From IMG/VR virus record IMGVR_UViG_3300023176_002545: DNA of 64,000 nucleotides. One strand, written 5' to 3'. The notes below the pieces were generated by a model, which made no database searches, had not been told where the DNA came from, and saw nothing but the letters and a program-made list of their open reading frames with translations. Each line of letters starts with the position of its first letter. Positions within the stretch are counted from its first letter, which is position 1. This document shows positions 24,169-36,600 of this stretch, piece after piece. Origin of the DNA: a virus. A program made the translations under genes and the position numbers.

Positions 24169-27100
24169 ATGTCCACAACCAACAGACAAAACAGATTACT
24201 GGTAGCAGAGGATTGGAAAAGAATCTATCAAAGCTACCAAAATGCAGACTTTAAGTCCTATGATTTTGACAATCTACGTAGGGCTATGATTACATATTTG
24301 CGTAACAACTACGCAGAAGATTTTAACGATTATATTGAGAGTTCAGAGTACCTTGCACTTATTGACCTTATTGCTTTCTTAGGTCAAAACCTTTCTTACC
24401 GCATTGACCTTAACGCAAGAGAAAACTTTTTAGAACTAGCAGAACGCCGCGAAAGTGTATTGCGTATTGCTAGAATGCTTTCTTATAATCCAAAACGCAA
24501 TAAACCTGCTAACGGTTTATTACGTATTTCTACAATTACAACAACAGAAGCAGTTTTTGACAATAACGGTACTAATCTAAGTAATGTTACAGTTGAATGG
24601 AATGACAGTTCAAACCCAGACTGGTTTGAACAAATGACAAAAATACTCAATGCTGCTCTTACAAAACGTAATCCTATTGGAACACCTATCCAAAGCGAAA
24701 AAGTTGGTACTGTTGACACAAGCACTTATAAAATTAACTCTAGTAAACGTTCTGTTCCTGTATATCAATTTACAAAAACTGTTGATGGCAGAAGCCTTAA
24801 CTTTGAAGTAACAAGTGCAACTATTGAAGATAATGCCATTGTTGAAGAAACACCTCTACCAGGCAACAGTTTAAGTTTACTCTATAGAGACGATGGTGCA
24901 GGACCAGGCAGTGTAAACACTGGATTCTTTTGCCACTTCCGTCAAGGAACACTGCAAAACGCAGATTTTAGTATTGAAAATCCTAGTAATAATCAAATAG
25001 TTTCTTTAGATGTTGAAAATATCAACAATGAAGATTTATGGTTGTATCAATTAGATTCAAACGGAAGCGAACAAAACTTATGGACAAAAGTTGACAGCAT
25101 TGAAGGTAACAATGTAGTTTACAATTCAGTTAATAAAAATATTAGAAACATTTATTTCCCACAAACACGTCTTGGAGATAAAGTTAATTTAATTTTTAGT
25201 GACGGTACTTTTGGATCATTACCAAAAGGAATTTTCCGTGCATACTACCGCACATCAGTAAATGCAGCATTTACAATTTCTCCAAGAAATATTAGAAACG
25301 TTACTGTAAATATACCTTATATTAGTGAAAAAGGTAAAACCGAAACACTTAACTTAAACTTAGAATTAACAACAACTGTTAATAACTCAACAGAAACAGA
25401 ATCAAACGAAGAAATTAAAATAAATGCACCTGCTCTGTATTATACACAGAACAGAATGATAACAGCAGAAGATTATAGTGTTGCTCCTCTAGCAGTAAGC
25501 CAAGACATTGTTAAAGTAAAAGCAGTTAACCGTGTTGCTAGTGGTTATAGTAGATATTTTGATCTTGTAGATTCAACAGGAAAATACTCTAACACTAATA
25601 TATTTTCAAACGACGGCATTGTTTATAGAGAAGAATATTTTGAAAAAGCAGAATTTAGTTTTACTAATAAAACACAAGTAGAAGATATAATTTATAATAC
25701 TGTAACTCCTATTATTAGAAGTCCAGAGCTAAGAAACTATTACTATAAAAACTTTGCACAAGTTGATATGACATCATATAATTCAACTTATACTCAAGTT
25801 ACTTCGGAAACAAATTTATCAACAGGCTTTTTCCTAAACACAAATGACAACAGCATTTATAAAGTAGGTTCAGCATATACTGGCGGTAACTTTAAATATA
25901 TCCAAGCAGGTTCTTTGTGTAAGTTTATAGCACCAACAGGATATAAATTTGATCTAAACAACAACAATGCACTAGTTAGTGACACTAATGAAAATGAAGG
26001 ACTTTCTTCATACAAGTGGGTTAAAATTGTTAATGTATTAGGTGACGGAACAGCAAACGGCACAGGCATTGCAAATAACGTAGGTACTATTACTTTAAAT
26101 GATTCTATTCCTACAGGATCAGTGTTGCAAAAAATTGTACCAAAATTAGCTCAAGGATTGATTACAGACATTGCTAACAAAACAATTGATCTAATTTTTG
26201 CATATAAGAATTTTGGTCTAAGATATGATATTGTAAGTGCTTCTTGGAAAATTATTTTAAATGACAACCTAGATACTGTTTCGCCTTTTGGTTTAGGTAA
26301 AGCAGGTGACACATCGGCACAAAATCTTGACTCAAGTTGGCTCATACTATTTGAAACAACTGGACAAAAGTATACAATTACATATAGAAATCTAAGATAC
26401 GTATTTGAAAGCGAAAAAGAAACTCGCTTCTACTACGACAGTTCAGATAAAGTATATGACAACAGAACTAACAGAATAGTAAAAGACAAGATCAGTGTGT
26501 TAGGAATAAACACACAGCCACAGTCAACACAACCGTTTACTAGAAACTATGATTGGGAAATTGTCAAAGCATACAAAGAAGAAAATGGTTACTTAGACAC
26601 TAAAAAGATTCAAGTAACATTTTTTGATTCAGATGATGACGGTGTTGTAGACGATCCAGATCTATTTGTAGAAATTGTTGCACCAACAGTAAATTTAGCA
26701 GAAAAGTTTGTAATACAAAAACGTTCAACTAATATTGACAATGTTGAAGAATGGAGTTTTATTGATATTGCTGCTGAAGGAATTATTATACTTGAAAACG
26801 AAGCAGCATTGCAAACCGTAACAAGTTATACAAACAATCAGCTGTTCTATTTTATACAAACAAACGTATTTAAAAACTTAAACACATTAAATGCAAGACT
26901 TTCTATTAATAACAATTACAGAGCATATGTAGGCCGTAAAGGTCTTAAATTCCATTATGTACATGCAGCAGACTACAACCAAAGAATAGATCCTAGTGCA
27001 AGTAACATTGTTGATGTGTACATGTTAACTAGAAACTATGATGTAGAGTTTGGTCGTTGGTTAAAAGGTTTGAGCGAATCAAAACCTTTACCGCCCAGCA

Positions 27101-27621
27101 CAAATCAAATGTATTATGATTATGGAAAACAACTTAACAATATAAAATCAATTAGTGATGAAATTGTATATCATCCTGTAAATTATAAAGTGTTGTTTGG
27201 ATCAAAAGCTGAATCTAAACTACAAGCAAGTATTAAAGTAGTGAAAAACGAAGAAGTTGTTGTCAGTGATAATGATATCAAAACTCGTGTAGTATCTGCT
27301 ATAGACGAATTCTTTGACCCAGAAAACTGGGACTTTGGAGACACTTTTTATTGGAGCGAACTAAGTGCATACATAACATATAATCTAGCACCAGATATTG
27401 TTAGCGTTGTTATTGTACCTAGTGATGCATCGTTAACTTTTGGTTCTTTGTATCAAGTTAACAGTGAAAACAATGAGATATTTAAAAGCGGTGCAACAGT
27501 TAGTGATATAGAAATCATTGACGAAATCACAGCAGACAAGATTAAAGCCAGCGGATCAATAGCATACGTTTCTAGCGATACAACGTCGATCCAATCAGCA
27601 GCATTTAACGGAGATAGTTAA
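24169..27621 (+). CDS. gp6: Baseplate wedge subunit (gp6-like)
   Basis: YDFDNLR..M..YL, ARENFL..AERRESV...A.MLSY, FSDGTFG.LP and QNRMITAEDY motifs. Confidence 0.85.
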   Translation: MSTTNRQNRLLVAEDWKRIYQSYQNADFKSYDFDNLRRAMITYLRNNYAEDFNDYIESSEYLALIDLIAFLGQNLSYRIDLNARENFLELAERRESVLRIARMLSYNPKRNKPANGLLRISTITTTEAVFDNNGTNLSNVTVEWNDSSNPDWFEQMTKILNAALTKRNPIGTPIQSEKVGTVDTSTYKINSSKRSVPVYQFTKTVDGRSLNFEVTSATIEDNAIVEETPLPGNSLSLLYRDDGAGPGSVNTGFFCHFRQGTLQNADFSIENPSNNQIVSLDVENINNEDLWLYQLDSNGSEQNLWTKVDSIEGNNVVYNSVNKNIRNIYFPQTRLGDKVNLIFSDGTFGSLPKGIFRAYYRTSVNAAFTISPRNIRNVTVNIPYISEKGKTETLNLNLELTTTVNNSTETESNEEIKINAPALYYTQNRMITAEDYSVAPLAVSQDIVKVKAVNRVASGYSRYFDLVDSTGKYSNTNIFSNDGIVYREEYFEKAEFSFTNKTQVEDIIYNTVTPIIRSPELRNYYYKNFAQVDMTSYNSTYTQVTSETNLSTGFFLNTNDNSIYKVGSAYTGGNFKYIQAGSLCKFIAPTGYKFDLNNNNALVSDTNENEGLSSYKWVKIVNVLGDGTANGTGIANNVGTITLNDSIPTGSVLQKIVPKLAQGLITDIANKTIDLIFAYKNFGLRYDIVSASWKIILNDNLDTVSPFGLGKAGDTSAQNLDSSWLILFETTGQKYTITYRNLRYVFESEKETRFYYDSSDKVYDNRTNRIVKDKISVLGINTQPQSTQPFTRNYDWEIVKAYKEENGYLDTKKIQVTFFDSDDDGVVDDPDLFVEIVAPTVNLAEKFVIQKRSTNIDNVEEWSFIDIAAEGIIILENEAALQTVTSYTNNQLFYFIQTNVFKNLNTLNARLSINNNYRAYVGRKGLKFHYVHAADYNQRIDPSASNIVDVYMLTRNYDVEFGRWLKGLSESKPLPPSTNQMYYDYGKQLNNIKSISDEIVYHPVNYKVLFGSKAESKLQASIKVVKNEEVVVSDNDIKTRVVSAIDEFFDPENWDFGDTFYWSELSAYITYNLAPDIVSVVIVPSDASLTFGSLYQVNSENNEIFKSGATVSDIEIIDEITADKIKASGSIAYVSSDTTSIQSAAFNGDS

Positions 27622-27623
27622 TA

Positions 27624-30600
27624 ATGGCAAATGAGCAACAGGAAACCAATCTTCCAGGAGAAACTAGAGATGAAAGAAAAACATCTTTAGACCTGTTACC
27701 TAAGTATTTTAGATCTAATACTAATAAAAAGTTTTTAGCTGCAACATTAGATCCGTTAATACAAGATGGCCAGATTGAAAAACTCAATGGATATCTTGGT
27801 CGTAAAACAGCAAAGTCTTTTAAAACAACTGATAACTATCTTCAAGATGTTACAGATGACAGACAAAATTATCAGTTAGAACCGGCACTAGTAGTTAAAG
27901 ATAATAACGAAAACATAACCTATTACAAAGACTACAACGATTATATTAACCAAATACGTGCATACGGTGGAAACACCGTCAACCATTCACGACTAAACAC
28001 TCAAGAATATTATTCTTGGGATCCTCGTGTTGATTGGGATAAGCTAACAAATTATAGAGAATATTATTGGATAAGTCAAGGCCCGGTTGCTATTAGCATT
28101 GCAGGTCAAGAAAAAGGTATTACTAGTACCTATACTGTAAAATTACAAAACAACGGTGATAACAAAAGTTATATATTAAGTCCTGATGGATTAACAAACA
28201 ATCCAACTATTAAACTATTTAGAGGACAAACATATAACTTTGAAGTTGATCAAAAAAATAATCCTTTCTTTATTAAAACTAAAAAGACCAAAGACGGATT
28301 TGAATACAATGAAGATGTAGTAAACAATGGTATTGAAAAAGGCATTGTTACAATTACCATTGATCAAAACACTCCGGATATTTTATATTATGTTAACACC
28401 GCAGATCTAAATGCATCTGGACTTATACAAGTTTTAGAAATTGAAGAAAATACCGAAATTGATGTTGACAATGAAATTGTAGGTAAAAAAACATATCAAT
28501 TAAAAAGTGGACACTATCTATCAAATGGTATGAAGGTTAACTTTTTAGGTGATGTTACTCCTGCAAAATATGCTGAAGGTAACTGGTACGTAGAAGGTGT
28601 TGGCAAAGAAATTGTTCTTGTTAGCGAACAAGAATTAGAAACAACATATCCGGGACAGGTACTAGAAGAACTACAGTTTGACGATGTAGCATTTGATATT
28701 GTACCTTTTGACCAAAACTCAGAAAAAGACAAAGATTACATTACAATTAACCGTGCAGCATATGACGGTAATCACTGGAGCCGTGCTAACCGTTGGTTCC
28801 ATAAAGATGTAATCGAAAAAAGTTTTGAAATTGTTGGTCTAACACCAGTTATTGATCAAACTGCAAGAGCAAACAGACCTATTCTTGAATTTATTCCTGG
28901 CATACAATTATACAACAATGGCTGGAATAGAATAGGCGATGTTGATCTAGTTGATACAACTACAACAAATATAATGAGCGAAATTGAAGGCTCTATTGGT
29001 TATTATGTTGATAACATAAATCTTGTTGAAGGCATGAGAGTTATCTTTACAGCAGACACTGATCTTTTAATTCGCGATAAGATTTTTACTGTTAAATTTA
29101 TACGATTTGAAAATGAAAGATTGATCACTCTTATTCCTGACAACGACATAGAAATTGCAACTGGCGACACTGTTATAGTAAAATCAGGTAAAGTAAATCA
29201 AGGTAAACAATTCTGGTTCAATGGAACACAATGGACTGAAGCACAACAAAAAACAGCTTCTAACCAGCCACCATTGTTTGACCTTTTTGACGGTAATGGT
29301 GTTAGCCTTAGTGATTCATCTGTTTACGGTGCAACTTCTTTTGTTGGAAACAAAGTATTTTCCTTTGCAGTTGGCAACGGAACTGCTGACAGTGTATTAG
29401 GGTTTCCATTAAAATATCTAAGTATTTCAAACATTGGTGATATTTTATTTGAATGTAACTTGCTAAGTGACACTTACGAATATGTTAAAAACGAAAAGAA
29501 ATTTTCAATCAATGCAGACGACACTTACATTAAAGTTTGGAGACGAGCTACAAAAACATTTGGGTATCACAGTGCATGGGAACGAGCAGTTACCGAAAGC
29601 AAACAAGAAGTAATTAGACATTATATTGCAGATCTTACACGTAATAGTTTTGAAATAGATGTTTATGACAGTCCTGCAGAACTTAGCGATCTTAAAGTTA
29701 AAGTTTTTGTAAACAATAAACTTAGAAGAGATTACACACTAACAACTGGTGCTAATGGATCTTTATATGTAACCTTTGATGCTGACCTTAATGAAAATGA
29801 TGGTATTATAATTAAAACAACGTCATTAGAAAACAAGAATGACAACGGCTATTACGAGTTTCCATTAAACTTACAAAACAATCCTAACAATGATAATCCG
29901 GTTAATATCACACTTGGTGAAATAACAGATCACGTTGAGTCTATTGCAAATGCTCATCCTGACTTTGAAGGATCATTTCCCGGCGTAACAAATTTAAGAG
30001 ATATTGCAACACTAAGCGGTTATGGAACACGTTTTGTAAAACATTCTGGTCCATTAAATATTGCTCTTTATCACCTAACAAACAAAGATACAAATGTTAT
30101 TAAGGCAATTGAGTATGCAGCAAAATCATATGATACTTTCCAAAAAACATTTTTAGATCAAATTACAACATTTAATATTACAAACGATCCTAATATAGAT
30201 GTTGATAATATTTTAGAAAATATAACAAAAACAAACAAAGTTGGAGATAGTTTCTATAACAGTGGCATGGTGCCTTTTAGAGCATTTAATAAAATTGTTC
30301 ATACTGTTGTTGATCCTAGTTTTGAACTTTACGGCATTTCAGAAATATACGAACCGTACAAACATCAAGACAAAGCACTGTTAGTTTATTTGAATAACGA
30401 ACAATTATTACTAGGTTCAGAGTACGAGTTTATTGACGATAACTTTGTTAAGATATTAAAAACACTAGCAGTAGATGATACTATAGAAATTAGAGAATAT
30501 TCTACACTAGTAGGTAACTACATTCCACCAACTCCTTCAAAGTTAGGTATGTTACCTAAATATGAACCTAAAAAATATTTAGACACTACACTAAGAATAC

Positions 30601-33600
30601 CTGTAAATGTAATACAAGGACACGACGGCAGCATTATTCGTGCTTTTGATGATTACAGAGATGAATTAATATTAGAATTAGAACGTAGAATTTATAATAA
30701 TATTAAAATTCAATATACTAATGATCTTATAGATATCTATAATTTTTACCCTGGCGGCTTTAGAACAACAGATTATTCTCTAACAGAAACTAATAATATT
30801 TTGCGTCCAATGTTCTTAAAGTGGCACAAAAATTTAACAACTTCTTATACTGACAATACCTTCTATGCCGAAGGTGAACCATTTACATATAATTACAGTT
30901 CGGGTTCATTTAATGGGAAACAACTTCCAGGTTTCTGGAGAGGAATATACCTATACTGGTATGATACTGATCGCCCACATTTAACTCCTTGGGAAATGCT
31001 AGGATACAGCATTCAACCTACATGGTGGGAGGACACATATGGTCCTGCTCCGTATACTAGTGAAAACTTAATTCTATGGAGAGACTTACAAGAAGGTCGT
31101 ATAAAAGAACCTGGAAATCAGCGTGTAGACAATGACTTTAGTCGTCCAGGTTTATTAGATATTATTCCTGTTGACGAAAACGGAAGACTCAAAGATCCTA
31201 TCTTTACAAACATTGCACAAAATTATGAAGCAACATTGTTTGGCAGTGAGTATAAGTTTGGTGACTTTGCACCGGTTGAAAATGCATGGAGACGTTCTAG
31301 CACCTATAGATTCTCTCAACTAGCAGCATGGTTCTTAAGCAAACCATCACAAGTATTTGGTGTTTATCTTGATAGAGCACATACTGCTCGTGATGTATCC
31401 GGTATTGTAAAATACGCAGGTGAATATGTGAGCCTAGCAGGGCTTTCTGATAAAGTTTCTAACACTGCTCTTGCAAGCGGCCTTATTGATTATGTTAACA
31501 ATTGGCTTTACCAAACAAGTTCTTCTTTTGTTGAAAATTACAAATTTGATCTAGCAAATGCAACCAACCAGTTGGGTGCTAAACTTGCAGGTTATACTGA
31601 AAAGTCTAAATTTAGATTAATACTAGACAGTCGTACTCCTTTAAATGAAGGCAATGTTTTCATTCCATCTGAGAACTATGAAATTTTCTTAAACAAAAGT
31701 TCTCCAGTTGACGTACTTGCTTACAGTGGTGTAATTATTGAAAAACGTACTAATGGATTTTTAATTAGAGGCTATGATCAAAAATTCCCTTATTTTACAT
31801 ATAGACCTGTACTTACTTCTCAAAACGACACATTAATAACAATAGGTGCAATTAGTGAAAGTTTTATTAACTGGGCAGAAGAGAAAAACTACATTGAAGG
31901 TAAAACTGTACAGTATGCAGGAAACTTTTATAGATGTAAAGAATCACATACCAGTGACGAAAACTTTGATGAAACTAAGTTTGTACGTTTGCCGTCATTA
32001 CCAACTGTAGGCGGCAATAGTTACTTCTATAGAAAACTTTACGATCAAATTGGTTACAAAGTTTTAACATATGGAACAGTTTTAAAAACAGTTCAAGAAG
32101 TTGTTGATTTTATCTTTGGATATTCAAAATATCTAGAAGAACAAGGATTTATATTTGACAACTATGATAACGAAAATCAAATACTACAAGATTGGGAGAC
32201 ATCTATTAAAGAATATGTTTTCTGGACAACACAAAACTGGGCAGAAGGAACAGTTATTGCATTAAGTCCAGGTGCCCAAACATTCTCACTTGATGTTGAA
32301 TATACAAACGTAGACAGTTTGAATAACGATTTTTATGATTATGAAATTTATAACAGCTCAGGCACAAGAGTACCTATACAAAATCTTGAAGTAACAAGAG
32401 CCAACAACAAGTTTACTGTTGAAAGTTTAGGCGAAGAAGGTATTTACTTTGCTAGATTACATCTAGTTCAAACTGAACATGTTGTATTGCTTGATAATAC
32501 AACAGTGTTTAATGACACAATTTACGAAAAGAGTGCAGGATATAGACAAGAACGTATCAAAGTTCTTGGTTATAAAACTATTCTCTGGGACGGTGGTCTA
32601 ACAACTCCAGGATTTATATTTGACAATGTTGTTATTAACGACTGGCAACCATTCCAAACTTACAAAATTGGTGACATTGTTAAACACAAAGAATATCTTT
32701 ACAGTGCAACTTCAAAAGTTGTTGCTGGAGAATACTTTGACACTAAAAATTGGCAAAAAATTGACAACCAACAAACAAGCGTTCTTTTACCAAACTGGGA
32801 TTATAGAGCAGAACAGTTTACAGATTTCTTTGATTTAGATACAGATAACTTTGATACTGAACAACAGCGTTTAGCACAACATACTATTGGTTATCAGAAA
32901 CGCCGTTATTTAGAAAATATTATTAATGATGACGTGAGTCAGTACAAGTTTTATCAAGGTATGATACTTGACAAAGGTACTAAAAACGTATTGTCTAAAA
33001 TGTTTGATAAACTAGGTGCTGCTGATAAAGAAAGCCTAGAGTTTTATGAAGAATGGGCAATTAAATCAGGAGACTACGGTGCTGTTGATAGTTTTGTTGA
33101 AGTTGAATATTTAATTGACGAATCACTAGTAAGATTAGAACCTCAACCATTTGAACTTGTTGATGCTATTAATTCATCGTCAACTGACCTAGTATATCGT
33201 CTAAGCAAAGAAGACGTATATTCAAAATTTGACGGTTATAATCATAAACCGTTTATGCAAACTAACAAACTGCCAGACTTTATTAGAACCGCAGGAAACG
33301 TTGACGAAAACGATGTTACAGCAAACGTAAAAACTATAGACGATATTCTTAAACTTAACATTGACGAATTTAAAGTTGGTTCTACAGTTTGGGTTAGTTT
33401 TTATAATTCAACTTGGAATATCCTTAGATTACAAAATTCTAAAATTAATGTTTTGTCAGCAGCAGCGTCTGGAACTGATGTAAGAGTAAAACTTACACAA
33501 CCAAATGCAGTAAGTGTTGGCGACATTATTGGTATTAAAAATATTTCTGCAGAAGTTGATAAGTTTTATAAAGTCAAATCTGTAGACAGTTATACAGTTA

Positions 33601-36600
33601 TACTTGCAGCAGACAAAAAACTTGATGAAGATGTTCAAGTTGATGATAGTAGCCAAGGGCTTCTATTTACTTTTGTTGATGCACGTATTCCAGACATGTC
33701 TAGTATCAATGACATTACACCTATTGAAGGCTTCCAACAAGGCGAATACATTTGGGTTGATGGAGAAAAAGGTAACTGGCAAGTACTTGAGAAAAATAAA
33801 GTATATGAACTAGCTGCTATTAACAACAACACTTCAACAACTAGATCGTTTGGCAGTGCAATAGCAGTTGACGAATACAATAGAGACTTTATTGTTGCTG
33901 ATCCAGCACATACTGTTACTGAGACACTACAGCGTGATTCAAATGACGTTGTAACAAAAGTAATTAAAACATCAGACGCAAAGGTTAATGTTTATGCTAG
34001 ACCAAACGATGTAACACAGCATAGACTAATACAAACAATTACATTACCAGAGTCATTATACGAATCTGGATTTAATACACAATATAGTGTAGAAGAGAAA
34101 CGTCCGCTGTTTACAGGGTTTGGATCTGTAATAGCACTATCTCCTGACACTAAGTTTCTTGCTGTTGGTTTACCAGATGCAGGAAATGTACCTTCATATT
34201 TCTTAGGGGACTGGAATTCAGCACTAACATATAATACTGAAGATGTTGTGTTATATAATGGAAAGTTTTATAAAGCATTATCAGACGGACTAATTGCAAC
34301 TTCACCTGATCTAGTAGCAGACTGGGAAGAAGTTGGTTACAATCCAGTCGATAGTAAATCAACTTCTAACAGTGGCGTAGATGGACAAGGTATTGTTGTT
34401 GTTTACGGAAGAACCGGAAGCGGAAGTTTTAGTATTCTCTTTATAATGCAATCACCTGAAATAGAAGCATATCAAAAGTTTGGTGAAAAGATTACTATTG
34501 CTAAAGTAGGTGAAGAAAGTTATAGAATGTTTGTAAGTGCAGTACGCCAAGGTAGCGTTGGTGCTGTATTTGTATTTGACAGAAACATTGATACAGGCGG
34601 CTTATGGAAATACCGTCCAGATTTATACCTACCACTAGCAGCAAATCCAGACGGTACTAGCGATGTTGAAATCAGTACAATTTCTATGGACTTTGGTCAA
34701 AGTGTTGCACATTCAAGAGATGGTAAAATATTAGCAGTTAGTGCTCCAAACGCAAACAGCGTTTATTATGAAAACTACAAAGGTCAGTATAGTCCGAGTC
34801 TTACATATGCTGTAGATACAGTTGTAGAATACAACGGTGCATACTGGAAAAAACTTACCACAGCAGGTGCAGGAACATTGCCGGCACTTGGAATCAACTG
34901 GGAAGAATTAACACAAGATACTAGTGGAAGTTTTGGTAAGGTATTTGTTTACAAGTATGAAAATAACAAATACAACCTTGTACAAACAATAAATGAAAGA
35001 ACACTAGACAATCTAGACTTTGGGCAAGGAGACAAGTTTGGTTACAGTATTGCATTTACTAAAGATGCTGCAACTCTTGTAATTGGATCGCCTGCTTATG
35101 ATACTAATTTAACTGACACAGGAAAAGTTGTAATTCTTGAAAATGATTTTGCTACAACTTCATCAAATGTAAATTACAGTTTAGTACAAACACTGCAAGT
35201 TAGATCGCAAGTTAATCAACAGTTTGGTGTTGGAGTAAGCATTAGTGACGATGTTATTGTAGTTGGATCTCGCCGAGGCGATCAAATACAACCAATAATG
35301 ATTGACAACGGCGAAACAACATTTGACTCTGATTCAACATATATTTCAAATGTATTTGAAAACACAGGAAAAATTGATGTTTACCGTAAGTACAAAGGTC
35401 AATACACATACGAAGATAGTTTAGTTGTTCCAGACGAAAATGCAAGCAACCTAGGCGAAAACGTAATAGCTAACAAGAATCACGTTATTACAGGCGTTAA
35501 TGCTTATAATGATCTTCAAGGTGCAGTGCTTGATTTCCATAGACCACAAAATGAATCAGTTTGGAAAGTACACAGACAAGCAATATTCCCTGCAGATGTA
35601 ACTAAGATCAAAAGTGCGTTCTTGTATGACACAAGAAAAAATATTGTCTTAAAAGAATTAGATGTTATCGATCCATTGCAAGGAAAAATTGTAGGAGCAG
35701 TAGAACAAGAATTAAAATATAAAACATTTTGGGATCCAGCAGTTTATACTGTTGGCAATGAAACACTAAATGTTGATGAAGTTGGTTCTTGGGACGGTAC
35801 ACATTTAGGCGAAGTATGGTGGGATTTAACTACAGCTCGTTTTGTAAACTATCATCAAAATTCAGCACTCTATAGAGGTAATAACTGGAGTAAATTAAAT
35901 GAGTATGGTAGTATTGATGTATATGAATGGATAAGTTCAAAATTCAAACCTAGTGAATACGATGCTCTATCTGATACTGAAGAAGCGTTGGCATTAGGTA
36001 TTTCAGGAAAATCCAAATATGGTGATGCAGCATATTCTATAGCAAGAGAATACGATCCTGTTGCTAAAATATTTACTAGCAAATATATGTTCTGGGTAAA
36101 AGGTAAAACAACAATACCGTATGTTGAAGGCCGCAGCATGGATGTGTCTTCTATGGCAACATTGATTGCAGATCCTAAAGCAGCTGGATATACACACATT
36201 GCTATAACAAGTAATGACAGTTTTGTGTTATATAATGCAAAACAATATCTAAACGATAAAGATACAGCATTGAATATTAGATTCTGGACAACAGACAAAA
36301 TTGATACAAATATTCATAGACAGTATCAAATAGTTTCTGAAGGATTAGATATTAGTGTTCCTAATGACACTATTGTTGACAAATGGTTTGACAGTTTAGT
36401 AGGATTTACACCTACAGGGCTACCAGTTCCTAATATTAATATTAATGAAAAACAACGTTATGGAATTTTAAACAAGCCAAGACAAAGCATGTTTAAAAAT
36501 AGAATAGAAGCATTAAAACAAGCAGTAGAATACTGTAATTATATTTTCTCTAAAAACGTTCTTGTAGATGATTTTGATTTAACTCCTTTGTTTGAAAAAG

